Shown piece after piece: positions 29,991 to 39,107 of a stretch of 64,000 nt of DNA. The number at the start of each line of letters is the position of its first letter. The first letter of the stretch is position 1. The notes beneath the pieces were generated by a model. That model had not been told where the DNA came from. It saw nothing but the letters and a program-made list of their open reading frames with translations, and did no database searches. Source of the stretch: Patescibacteria group bacterium (lineage in GTDB: Bacteria > Patescibacteriota > JABMPQ01 > JAQVVF01); the NCBI GenBank assembly GCA_028699085.1, contig JAQVVF010000002.1, forward strand, positions 132,557 to 196,556, given 5' to 3'. Both the position numbers and the translations under genes were made by a program.

Positions 29991-30677
29991 AACTATCACG
30001 TAAGTCTTATAAAACTCATCGTCTTTCTTAACAAATTGCACTTCAAAATCCAAATCCATCTTTTTTACATCAGCCATAATTTTCTTAAATTCCTGATCAC
30101 TAATTTCGTATTTATTCTTGAACAATTCTGCCCTTCCAGTTGCTTTAAACTGAAAAACTCTCCATTTATAAATATATTTTGGTAAAATATTAGCTAATTT
30201 TATTATACAATCTTTGTTCAATTGTGTCACGACTGTCGAAATCACAATCTTTAATTTTCGGTATTCCTCCAACCATTCTAAAATCTCCAAAACTTTTTCA
30301 AACACACCTCGTTTACGAATTATCATATTAGTATCCTCATCACATCCATCAATTGGTAAATTAATCTGATCCAAAAATTTTGCCAACATTTCCAGCTTTT
30401 CCTTTGTTAATAATAATCCGTTAGTATGCAAAATTGTATAAAATCCTTGCTTTTTAGCATATTGAATCAAATCTATAATATCTTTTCTTGTCAAAGGCTC
30501 TCCTCCAGTAAAAACGATTTTTTCCACTCCTTGCATTTTGAATTGATCAATCATTTTCCTAGCTTGATTAGTATTCAAATCATCGACTCTCTGTTCTGGA
30601 CCAAAACAAAATTCACATTTTAAATTGCATTTGCTTGTCACATTCCAAACAATAATTTTTTTGTCTATTTTTTTCAT
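29988..30677 (-). CDS. Radical SAM protein (viperin-like features)
   Basis: CNLKCEFC, TGGEP, TNG, TVVTQLN, KWRVFQF. Confidence 0.85.
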   Translation of the reverse strand: MKKIDKKIIVWNVTSKCNLKCEFCFGPEQRVDDLNTNQARKMIDQFKMQGVEKIVFTGGEPLTRKDIIDLIQYAKKQGFYTILHTNGLLLTKEKLEMLAKFLDQINLPIDGCDEDTNMIIRKRGVFEKVLEILEWLEEYRKLKIVISTVVTQLNKDCIIKLANILPKYIYKWRVFQFKATGRAELFKNKYEISDQEFKKIMADVKKMDLDFEVQFVKKDDEFYKTYVIV

Positions 30678-30775
30678 TTGCTTAAAATTAGCATTAAAAT
30701 AATCAAATTTCAAGCCTCTACAAATAAAAACAGACCTTCTGTCAAGTCTGCTTTTTATATAAATTTTATTGAATA

Positions 30776-32383
30776 TTACATCTTCGTCTTCTTTTCAATT
30801 CCCATCAAATTCATTGTCTCTCCCAAAACAGTTCTCGTTGCTTCAACCAATCCTATTCTTACTTTCGTTAATTCCTCATCTTCAGTCAAAACTCTGCACT
30901 TTTCATAAAAATTGTGGAATTTATCTGCAATCGCAATTGCAAAAAAAGGTAATCTTTGCACTTCATAGCTCTTTGCAACTTCAAAAACCACTTCTGGAAA
31001 TTTTAATAACATCTTAACCAACTCAAATTCTGCCTTTCTTTCTTCGTCTGCCGAAGTTTCAGAGAAAACGGATATTTTTTCAGTTTTCACTTCTGTTTTT
31101 TCTAAAATACTTGAAAGTCTAGCATAAGCATATTGAACATAATAAACGGGATTTTTCTTTGATTGTTCTTTTGCCAAATCCAAATTAAAATCCATATGTG
31201 TTTCAACTGCCTTCATCAAAAAGAAAAATCTTGTCGCATCTAATCCAACTTCAGAAACAAGCCAGTCTAAATTTACCACTGTTCCCGCTCTCTTTGACAT
31301 TTTTACTTCTTTCCCGCCAGATATTAATCTAACGAGTTGCGTAATCACAATTTTCAAATCTCCACCTCGATCCATGGCCTTAATTGCTGCCTGCATTCTA
31401 CCCATATAGCCATGATGATCTGCTCCCCAAACATCAACTAATTTATCAAAACCTCGATCAAATTTGTTCCAATGATAAATAATATCTGAGAAAAAATAAG
31501 TTTGCTCGCCAGTATTTCGAATTAATACTCTATCTTTATCATCGCCAAATTTCGTTGTCTTCATCCAAAGAGCATCATCTTTTTTATAAGTTAAGCCCAT
31601 TGTTTCTAACCACTTGATCAATTTCTCTCGAGCTCCCAATGTATATAAACCTTGCTCTGACATCCAGACATCATAATGAATTCCTAAATCTTTTTCAATA
31701 AATTTACGATTAGCTAATTGAATTTTTTCCGCTAATTGAAAACCAGCATCACCCAATTGAGTTGTTTTCCAATATTCTGCTGATCCACTTAATTCTTCAA
31801 TCAATTTCTTTACAAAATCAGTTTTGTATGGATTTTCTTTTCCATGCAAAATTTCACCTAAAGTTTTGATTTGTTTAGAATCTTTAGCATCATTAATATA
31901 AAATTCTCGAGTCACATCAAATCCAGCTTTTTTTAAAACATTAGACAGAACATCTCCATAAAAAGCGCCTCTACCATGACCAACATGTAATTTACCAGTT
32001 GGATTAGCTGAAATAAATTCTACATTTATTTTATTTCTCTTTTCAATTCTTCCTTGTCCATATTTTTCTTTTACTTCCAAAATAGTATTTAACTCATTAA
32101 TTAAATATTTTTCCGATAATTTAAAATTAATAAATCCAGGCTTTACAAAAGTTATTTCTTTATAATCTTCGCTTAATTTTTTAATATCTAATTTTTTTAC
32201 AATTTCTTCTGCAACAATCATTGGATTTTTCTTCTCAATCTTTGCTAAAACCATTGCCACACTACTTGAATAATCACCAAACTCTTCATTTTGTGGCTGT
32301 AAAATAACAATTTCTTTTGGCAAAGAAAAACCAGCCTCTTTGATAGCCGCTTCTAAATTTTTTCTAATCTTATCCTTAATCAT
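30776..32383 (-). CDS. argS: Arginine--tRNA ligase
   Basis: FGDY, PGFINF, EFISANPTG.LHVGHGR, GADHHGY, MSKRAG, NPVYYVQYAYAR. Confidence 0.97.
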   Translation of the reverse strand: MIKDKIRKNLEAAIKEAGFSLPKEIVILQPQNEEFGDYSSSVAMVLAKIEKKNPMIVAEEIVKKLDIKKLSEDYKEITFVKPGFINFKLSEKYLINELNTILEVKEKYGQGRIEKRNKINVEFISANPTGKLHVGHGRGAFYGDVLSNVLKKAGFDVTREFYINDAKDSKQIKTLGEILHGKENPYKTDFVKKLIEELSGSAEYWKTTQLGDAGFQLAEKIQLANRKFIEKDLGIHYDVWMSEQGLYTLGAREKLIKWLETMGLTYKKDDALWMKTTKFGDDKDRVLIRNTGEQTYFFSDIIYHWNKFDRGFDKLVDVWGADHHGYMGRMQAAIKAMDRGGDLKIVITQLVRLISGGKEVKMSKRAGTVVNLDWLVSEVGLDATRFFFLMKAVETHMDFNLDLAKEQSKKNPVYYVQYAYARLSSILEKTEVKTEKISVFSETSADEERKAEFELVKMLLKFPEVVFEVAKSYEVQRLPFFAIAIADKFHNFYEKCRVLTEDEELTKVRIGLVEATRTVLGETMNLMGIEKKTKM

Positions 32384-32400
32384 AATATTCTATTAGCAAT

Positions 32401-32847
32401 TTAAATTATCATCTCTGCCCTCTCAATCATTTCAATTTCATTTTCCATCCAATCTAATCTGTTTTTCAAAACCATCTTCTTCGCTTCATTAATTTCTACC
32501 CACAAAACTTCATCGTGTTCTTTGATAAAATCATTTTGCTCTCCATTAATCACAGTAAATAAAAAATAGTTAGTTACTTTTTTTATTGTCGTATCATTTC
32601 TTTCAAATTCCGAATTCAAAAAACCTAAATAACTTTCTAATTTAATTCTGTAACCTGTTTCTTCAATTACTTCTCTTACTGCCGTCTGTTCTAAAGTCTC
32701 ACCATTTTCCACTGTTCCTTTCGGTAGATGATAAGTATCAGTATTATTTCTATGAAGTAAGATGATCTCAATTTTATTATCTAATTTCCTATAAACAATT
32801 CCTCCGCTAGAAACATGAAAAGGAATCTCTCTTGAACCCTTCAACAT
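32401..32847 (-). CDS. NUDIX hydrolase (Ap4A-hydrolase-like)
   Basis: LPKG.VE.GE...TAVREV.EETG Nudix box. Confidence 0.9.
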   Translation of the reverse strand: MLKGSREIPFHVSSGGIVYRKLDNKIEIILLHRNNTDTYHLPKGTVENGETLEQTAVREVIEETGYRIKLESYLGFLNSEFERNDTTIKKVTNYFLFTVINGEQNDFIKEHDEVLWVEINEAKKMVLKNRLDWMENEIEMIERAEMII

Positions 32848-32993
32848 AACTAAAAACCTAATAAATAAATAACTAGTTTATTAAATTATAGCAAGATTTT
32901 TCAAAAATGAAAGCCAAAAAACAAAAACCTTGACCAATTAACATTTTTATGTAATACTATAAAATCTGTAGCTCCCCAAAGAAGGAGGAAGAG

Positions 32994-33830
32994 TTGATAG
33001 ACGAAAAACACGTTCTTTCACAAGTTCAAACACTTTTTAATGGCAAAGTGAAATATCTTCATCTTGGCTGTCCAAATGATTTTCATCCCAAAAGCAATGG
33101 ATTCAAAGATAGAATGAATCAAGTGCTTGCAATTCTTGGACATCACGAAAATACACTGATTGCTCCAAGAGTTCAATTCACCAATATTATTGCAACCCAG
33201 CAACCCGGTGCCTTTGTTTTCGAAGAAGACAATGGACTCTGGCGAACTTCTGCAGGAGCCGATGGAGTACTTATTCATAATACTGCTCCTGTTGCCATCT
33301 TTAATGCCGATTGTCACGTTGGAATTCTCTATCATCACAAAACCCATCGTTTTGCTTTGATTCATCTTGGCCTAAAATGCTTTTACCGCGAAGATGGATC
33401 ACCGAACATCATCACTCAAGCGATCACTTCTCTTGACGTTTCTGCTCGTGAACTCGAATTCTGGGCTGGAGCAGGAATCGGTCCATGCTGTAATGGCTAT
33501 GACCACTCAGATCCTAAAAACGCTGAATTGGGCAAAAAGCTGAATCAAAAATTTGGTTATGAGGATTTGCCTGTCGTTGGTTACAGATATAAAGATAAAT
33601 ATTGTCATATAACTGGATTTGTCACCAATGGACCAAGAATCGGTCAAATTTCTTATGACAACGGAAGCATGATCTCTAGAATTGGAATTAATCATCCTGG
33701 CATGATGGTAGAACTTGATCCAGGCTGTACTAGCTGTCAAGGACGTGAACAATTTCCTGATCGTCCACAATTTTGGTCAAATGTCCGCGGACACAAAGAA
33801 AGAAACCTCTTCCTTTGCTGGCTCGCCTGA
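32994..33830 (+). CDS. Divergent YfiH/PgeF (laccase-domain, purine nucleoside phosphorylase-like) protein
   Basis: ADG, NADC, IHLG, GIGPCC, CTSC, FWS...R; TTG start after GAAGGAGG. Confidence 0.75.
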   Translation: MIDEKHVLSQVQTLFNGKVKYLHLGCPNDFHPKSNGFKDRMNQVLAILGHHENTLIAPRVQFTNIIATQQPGAFVFEEDNGLWRTSAGADGVLIHNTAPVAIFNADCHVGILYHHKTHRFALIHLGLKCFYREDGSPNIITQAITSLDVSARELEFWAGAGIGPCCNGYDHSDPKNAELGKKLNQKFGYEDLPVVGYRYKDKYCHITGFVTNGPRIGQISYDNGSMISRIGINHPGMMVELDPGCTSCQGREQFPDRPQFWSNVRGHKERNLFLCWLA

Positions 33831-33888
33831 TCTTTCAATACGCTAGTTATCTAGCGTTTTTTATTTGGATTTACATTTTATACCCAAT

Positions 33889-33980
33889 AGGTCCGACCTT
33901 TTACTTTAAAACACAATCATTTCTTTCTAATTAAGATTTTATTAATCCAAATTACAACAACTTTTTAAAAGGTCAAACCT
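33889..33980. repeat. REPIN/MITE-like element (copy A)
   Basis: Terminal inverted repeats aggtccgacctttta / taaaaggtcaaacct; flanked by a 17-bp direct repeat atttggatttacatttt at 33863 and 33994. Confidence 0.6.
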
Positions 33981-34091
33981 CCTCAGATATTTCATTTGGA
34001 TTTACATTTTTTAACATATATAATATAGTTAGTAATAATTTTAATTTTGAATTGTAATTTTTCATTTTGATTTTTGCATTTTAAATTTACT

Positions 34092-34556
34092 ATGATTTTA
34101 GCCACTAATAAAAAAGCCTATCATGACTATAATATTCTTGAAAAATTAGAGGCTGGCTTAAAATTAGAAGGACAAGAAGTAAAATCTGCCAAACAAAAAA
34201 ATATTAGCTTAAAAGGCGCTTATGTTACAATTAACTATTCCAGTAGAAATCATAGCCCAGAAGCTTGGCTTTTAAATGCCCATATTTCACCTTATAAATA
34301 TGCTGGCAAACTAAAATCTTACGAGCCAACTAGATCTAGAAAGTTGCTTCTAAATAAAAATGAAATATTAAGACTTATTGGCTTAAAAAAGCAAAAGGGC
34401 TTGACATTTATCCCTATTTCAGTTTATACTAAAAAGGGATTAGTGAAACTTTTACTTGGCATTTGCCGCGGCAAGAAATTATACGACAAACGACAAGATA
34501 TCAAAAAAAGAGAAAGTCAAAGAGAAACCCAACGTCTTTTCCGTTCGAAATCGTAG
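34092..34556 (+). CDS. smpB: SsrA-binding protein SmpB
   Basis: NKKAYHDY.I...EAGL.L.G.EVKS, R.RKLLL, GKKLYDKR; ATG at 34092. Confidence 0.96.
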   Translation: MILATNKKAYHDYNILEKLEAGLKLEGQEVKSAKQKNISLKGAYVTINYSSRNHSPEAWLLNAHISPYKYAGKLKSYEPTRSRKLLLNKNEILRLIGLKKQKGLTFIPISVYTKKGLVKLLLGICRGKKLYDKRQDIKKRESQRETQRLFRSKS

Positions 34557-34624
34557 ACGCATAGGTTTGGAAATTGGAATTTGTATTTTGTTTGGTTATT
34601 GATTATTGGTTATTTCTTTCCACG

Positions 34625-35025
34625 GGGGGTGTCAAGCTTCGCTAAAGAGCGTAGTTTAAAAAATTCATGTAGAGTCGCAAGATACTCTCTAAACTTCTTG
34701 CATATTATAAGTGCAAACTTATTATCAAAGGTTTCTGAAAAAGTAAAAGCTTTTGCTCAATCTTTTTCATTTCAACCTTCAACTGTAATCGCTTAATACC
34801 CGATTACCATCCATCCCGCTAGATTCGTGTGTGGGAATTGGGTGTCATTTTACGAACGTAGATTATCTCTCGCCTTAGAGATAATTGAAAATTATAATGG
34901 CTTTGAGTAATAAATATTTTTTTGGTTTAAAGTTTATTATTCGAGACAACCAAAACCAGATAAACTTGTAAAAGTTTTTTAAGCAAACTTTTTACACATG
35001 GGTGCAATTCCCATCACCTCCACCA
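34625..35025 (+). ncRNA. ssrA: tmRNA
   Basis: Acceptor stem GGGGGTG/CACCTCC-ACCA with G3.U wobble, T-arm atggg-tgcaatt-cccat, internal tag frame ANLLSKVSEKVKAFAQSFSFQPSTVIA* (34713-34796), directly after smpB. Confidence 0.92.
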
Positions 35026-35033
35026 TCTGAACA

Positions 35034-35143
35034 AAATAATCAATAATCAATTTCCAAATAATATTCAATAATCAATAACCAAATTTCAAACTTTTTAATT
35101 ATTGATAATTGGTTATTTACTGATTATTGATTATTGGTTATTA
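35034..35143. repeat. Inverted 7-nt-periodic repeat array (aataatc / gattatt)
   Basis: aataatc aataatc aatttcc ... aataatc aataacc ... gattatt gattatt ggttatt, able to form a long imperfect hairpin. Confidence 0.7.
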
Positions 35144-35168
35144 GCCAATATTAGAAGAAATTTTATTA

Positions 35169-35729
35169 ATTAAACCCAAACGTATAAAATATAGATCACA
35201 TTACAAAAGATTCAATCCAAGAAAATTTAAAAGAACTTGGGTTAATGAAGAAATTAGATTACCGCAAGTTGCAGTAATTGATGAAACTGGCAAAAGTCTA
35301 GGAATTCTACCAACTTACAAAGCTATTTCACTAGCAAGAGAAAGAGGCTTTGATCTTGTAGAAGTAGCGCCAGATGTTCATCCTCCAGTCTGTAAATTTT
35401 TAGATTTTGGTAAATATAAATACCAGAAAGAAAAGCAAGAACAGCAACAAAAGAAAAAAGCTAAAAAAGTTGAAATCAAAGGTGTTCGAATCTCACCAAG
35501 AATTTCTGATAATGATCTAGAATTTAAAGCTAAACAAGCTGATAAATTTCTAAGTGATGGCGACAAAGTCAGAATCGAAATAGTCATCAAGGGACGCGAA
35601 AATGCTCACATGGACTTAGTTAATGCAACACTACACCGATTTGTTGATACCATGAAAACTAAGATTAAAGTTGAGCAACAGCCAAAGAGACAAAGACTAG
35701 GTATGGCTATGGTTGTTGCAAAAGCTTAA
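35169..35729 (+). CDS. infC: Translation initiation factor IF-3 (non-AUG start; missed by ORF track)
   Basis: Hand translation NEEIR...DLVEVAP..HPPVCK.LDFGKYKY...KFL.DGDKV..GRE; in-frame TAG at 35142 and no ATG/GTG/TTG before the conserved N-domain, so ATT at 35169 (or 35160, or ATA at 35184) is the likely start. Confidence 0.92.
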   Translation: MKPKRIKYRSHYKRFNPRKFKRTWVNEEIRLPQVAVIDETGKSLGILPTYKAISLARERGFDLVEVAPDVHPPVCKFLDFGKYKYQKEKQEQQQKKKAKKVEIKGVRISPRISDNDLEFKAKQADKFLSDGDKVRIEIVIKGRENAHMDLVNATLHRFVDTMKTKIKVEQQPKRQRLGMAMVVAKA

Positions 35730-35814
35730 AAACCTTGCCAAAAAGCAAGCATTGTGATAACCTACGAAAGACAAGGTGTTTTATTTTTATTATTTTAGAA
35801 TATTATTCAAACAG

Positions 35815-36012
35815 ATGCCTAAACTAAAAACTCATAAATCTACATCAAAAAGATTTTGGAAAACTGGAACAAACAAATTCGCTCAAAGAACTCCAAATCA
35901 AGATCACTTTAATGCAAGAGAAAAAGGTACTGATTCTCGTGCTAAAAAATCTGATAAACTAGTTTTTGCTGGCAATATCAGCCACATCAAAAAATCATTA
36001 CCTTACGTATAA
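35815..36012 (+). CDS. rpmI: 50S ribosomal protein L35
   Basis: MPKLKTHK...KRF..TG..K, LPY; lies between infC and rplT. Confidence 0.92.
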   Translation: MPKLKTHKSTSKRFWKTGTNKFAQRTPNQDHFNAREKGTDSRAKKSDKLVFAGNISHIKKSLPYV

Positions 36013-36049
36013 ATAAATTTTTAATTTTTAATTTTTTATATTTTAAACA

Positions 36050-36394
36050 ATGCCAAGAGTTAAAAGAGGAACAATAGCTAACAAAAGACGCAAAAAGATT
36101 CTAAAACGCACTAAAGGATATATTACTGGCCGATCAAAAAAATATCGAGCTGCTAAAGAAGCTTATCTTCATGCACAACGATATGCTTTTCGTGACCGCA
36201 AAAAAAAGAAAGCTGATTTTAGACAAGTTTGGATTATCAGACTTAATGCAGCTTTAAAACAATATGATCTATCTTACAGTAAATTTATCTTTGCTTTAAA
36301 GAAACACAAAATTGAATTAGACCGCAAAGTCCTAGCTGATTTAGCTGTTAATCATACTGAAACATTCAAAAAAATTGTTGAAACTGTAAAATAA
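36050..36394 (+). CDS. rplT: 50S ribosomal protein L20
   Basis: MPRVKRG, YAFRDR..KK.DFR..WI.RLNAA, LDRKVLADLA. Confidence 0.97.
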   Translation: MPRVKRGTIANKRRKKILKRTKGYITGRSKKYRAAKEAYLHAQRYAFRDRKKKKADFRQVWIIRLNAALKQYDLSYSKFIFALKKHKIELDRKVLADLAVNHTETFKKIVETVK

Positions 36395-36412
36395 TAGACT
36401 TATTAAAAAATT

Positions 36413-36513
36413 AAAGGGGTAAAAAAATATTTTTTATGAATGATGCATGTCCAAAGTTCCGCTTTAGTGGAACAAGTTACAGAATGAATAAAAAATAATT
36501 TTTTACCCCTTTT
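36413..36513. repeat. Long inverted repeat (about 25-bp arms) enclosing a small hairpin
   Basis: aaaggggtaaaaaaatattttttat ... ataaaaaataattttttacccctttt; internal gttccgc-ttta-gtggaac. Confidence 0.7.
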
Positions 36514-36528
36514 AAAATAAGCAAAATT

Positions 36529-37476
36529 ATGACAATTGAACAAATTTACAAATTATCAATCGAGCTTGGTATAAAAGCAGATCTTCGAAACAAAGAAGAT
36601 ATTAAACGAGTTTTATCCGATGCCAAAAAAGAATATCAGGATTTACCAAAATCTGAAAAAGAATATTTTGATAAAGACAAATTTTTTAATCCATATTCGG
36701 ATACTAGAATTCAAATTGACAAACCAAATAAAAAAATTAAGAAAATTTTAACAGGAATTGATATAGATAGCGCTGAAATATTGTTAGCAGATAAACTAAA
36801 GGTAGATTTAATCATCGCTCATCATCCTGTTGGCAAATCACTTGCTGATGGACTAGAAGATGTCATGAAAATGCAAGCTGATATTTTAGCCGACTATGGT
36901 GTTCCAATCAATATTGCTGAAAAACTAATTGAAAAAAGAATTACTGAAGTATCTCAAAAAGTTAAACCAGCTAATCATTATCAATCAGTTGATACTGCTA
37001 AACTTCTAAATATTGGTCTTATGAACACCCATACAGTTTGCGATAATTTGGCAGCAAAATTCTTAAAAGAATTCTTCGAAAAAGAAAAACCTTATAATGT
37101 CGAAGAAGCTTTGCATTGTTTATTGAAAATTCCTGAATATAAACAAGCCAAAAAAATGGGCTTTGGACCATTTGTCATTGTCGGCAGTCCAAAACATCGC
37201 TTAGGAAAAATTGCAATTACAGAAATAACTGGCGGTACTGAAGGATCTAAGCAAATTTATGAAAAGATGGCCCAAGTTGGCATAGGTACAACTATAGCCA
37301 TGCATTTATCCGAAGAACATCGACAAGAAGCTGAAAAAGCAAATATAAATGTCATTGTTGCTGGACATATCTCATCAGATTCGCTAGGTATGAATTTATT
37401 CTTAGACAAACTAGAACAAAAAGGCATTGAAATAATTCCTTGTTCTGGCCTAATCAGAGTCAAAAGAAAAAAATAA
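36529..37476 (+). CDS. NIF3-like dinuclear metal-centre protein
   Basis: NPY.D.R, GID, AHHP, HT..DN, TGGTEG, MH, AGHISSD. Confidence 0.85.
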   Translation: MTIEQIYKLSIELGIKADLRNKEDIKRVLSDAKKEYQDLPKSEKEYFDKDKFFNPYSDTRIQIDKPNKKIKKILTGIDIDSAEILLADKLKVDLIIAHHPVGKSLADGLEDVMKMQADILADYGVPINIAEKLIEKRITEVSQKVKPANHYQSVDTAKLLNIGLMNTHTVCDNLAAKFLKEFFEKEKPYNVEEALHCLLKIPEYKQAKKMGFGPFVIVGSPKHRLGKIAITEITGGTEGSKQIYEKMAQVGIGTTIAMHLSEEHRQEAEKANINVIVAGHISSDSLGMNLFLDKLEQKGIEIIPCSGLIRVKRKK

Positions 37477-37503
37477 TTTATTGCTTACAATTGTCACCTA
37501 AAT

Positions 37504-37570
37504 AAAAAAGACGGAATAATTCGTCTTTTTTTTGTTATTTAGTTATTTACCTGCCTGCCAAAAGGCAGGT
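37504..37570. terminator. Bidirectional terminator plus small GC palindrome
   Basis: aaaaaagacg...cgtctttttt between convergent genes; acctgcct-gccaaa-aggcaggt at 37549-37570. Confidence 0.65.
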
Positions 37571-37582
37571 AATTTTGTTATT

Positions 37583-39070
37583 CTAGATATGCGCCTTGCA
37601 CCATGTTACCTTTTTCGCCCATTTCTTTTTCAATGATTTATAATACTTATATTTCTTAGAACCTTCATTATATTTATTCATTAATTTCTTATATTTTGCC
37701 ACATTATCTTTATATACCTGCAGAGATGCTTTTGAACAAAATTTATAGCTCAAGGCTTTGCCTGCATTCAAACGGCCATTTCCATATTCAAATTTACTAT
37801 AATTAGTCATTCCTTTATATGCTGTTCTCTTAATTGCTTTTTTAACCTGAGAAAATGATTTTCCTTTTGAAAATAATAAAGCTGCTACTCCGGCTACATG
37901 CGGAGTTGCCATTGATGTTCCTTGATATAATTGCAGAGAAAACTTTTTATAACTCGTAGTTGGATCAGTATAAGTTTGTTGCAAAATACCATCAAGATAG
38001 CCATCACTATTAAGATCAGCATAAGTATCTCCTCCGGGTGCCATAATATCTAGATGATCGCCATAATTTGAATAATAAGTTCTGATATCAGCGTAATCAG
38101 TTGCACCAACAGAAAAAGATTCCTTATAAGCAGCTGGATAAGCTAACGATGAATCGCCTGTTGTATCAATCCCATCGCCATACGGCCAAGGCCTTTTTCC
38201 ATTGCCAGCAGCAACTGTTACTAATATTCCTTGATCAGTTGCTGTTTGAATTGCTTCTTCAACAACTGCAACAGGGTATTGAAATTCTAAACTCATTGTT
38301 ATTACATTCGCACCGTGATTAATCGCCCAATAAATTCCATCTGCAACATTAGAAGATAATGTACTGCCGTTTGAATAAAAAACATCAACTGGAATTATTG
38401 AAATATTTGGCGCAACTCCAGCAACACCTTTTGAATTATTAGTGCTTTGCGCAATTGTTCCAGCAACATGTGTTCCATGCCCATAATCATCATTGGCATG
38501 ATAACTAACAGTACCATAATAATCAATTGCATTATTATATGGATAAACAAATTTAGTATCCGCTAAATCAGGAGCTTTTGCATACTGACCATATTTTTCA
38601 TATGCTACGCCAGTATCAATAATCGCTACCTTTACGCCGCTTTTTCCTTTTGTTTTTCCCCAAACTTTTTCCATATTTAAATGGTTGTCATCAAAATTCC
38701 ATTGTACTGGATAATAAGGATCATTTGGCGTCCAAGATAATTTTCCTTCGTAATTTGGATGCGCATATTTTACGTTAGAATCATTTCTAAGCAAGACCAA
38801 AAGTTCTTCAACTGATCTATTAGCTGGAACCTGCAAAACAGTATAACCATTGCCTTTCTTTTTAACAATAATTCCATAATTAGCACTCAAGCTTTCTGTA
38901 ACATTTTTAAAAGAATTTTTTTTAAATTTAACCACAACCTCGTCAGGTTTATAACCTAAAACACTTTCTTGACTTTTCACTGGCTTTGAATCATAAAGAC
39001 CGACCAAAAAAGTAATCAAAATAACGATGCACAAAGTTCCTAAGACGCCTGTCCTTTTCAAAATATTCAT
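37583..39070 (-). CDS. Secreted S8 subtilisin-like serine protease with Lys-rich C-terminus
   Basis: Catalytic triad motifs IIDTG, HGTHVAG, GTSMATPHVAG; I9-like propeptide. Confidence 0.93.
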   Translation of the reverse strand: MNILKRTGVLGTLCIVILITFLVGLYDSKPVKSQESVLGYKPDEVVVKFKKNSFKNVTESLSANYGIIVKKKGNGYTVLQVPANRSVEELLVLLRNDSNVKYAHPNYEGKLSWTPNDPYYPVQWNFDDNHLNMEKVWGKTKGKSGVKVAIIDTGVAYEKYGQYAKAPDLADTKFVYPYNNAIDYYGTVSYHANDDYGHGTHVAGTIAQSTNNSKGVAGVAPNISIIPVDVFYSNGSTLSSNVADGIYWAINHGANVITMSLEFQYPVAVVEEAIQTATDQGILVTVAAGNGKRPWPYGDGIDTTGDSSLAYPAAYKESFSVGATDYADIRTYYSNYGDHLDIMAPGGDTYADLNSDGYLDGILQQTYTDPTTSYKKFSLQLYQGTSMATPHVAGVAALLFSKGKSFSQVKKAIKRTAYKGMTNYSKFEYGNGRLNAGKALSYKFCSKASLQVYKDNVAKYKKLMNKYNEGSKKYKYYKSLKKKWAKKVTWCKAHI

Positions 39071-39107
39071 ATTGTTTTTTTATTTTTAAAAAATTTAATA
39101 TTTTTAT

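Noticed and set aside
34581-34796. 71-aa ORF in the track
   Set aside because: It is the tmRNA tag reading frame extended upstream through a repeat tract, not an independent gene.
34997-35025. tRNA-like T-arm and CCA end
   Set aside because: No anticodon arm; it pairs with 34625-34631 as the tmRNA tRNA-like domain.
33863-35143. Possible CRISPR array (direct repeats and periodic tracts)
   Set aside because: No constant 25-45 nt repeat with unique spacers, and no cas genes in the window.
35030-35168. L20 leader RNA upstream of infC
   Set aside because: The region is occupied by heptamer repeats and I could not recognise the leader structure.
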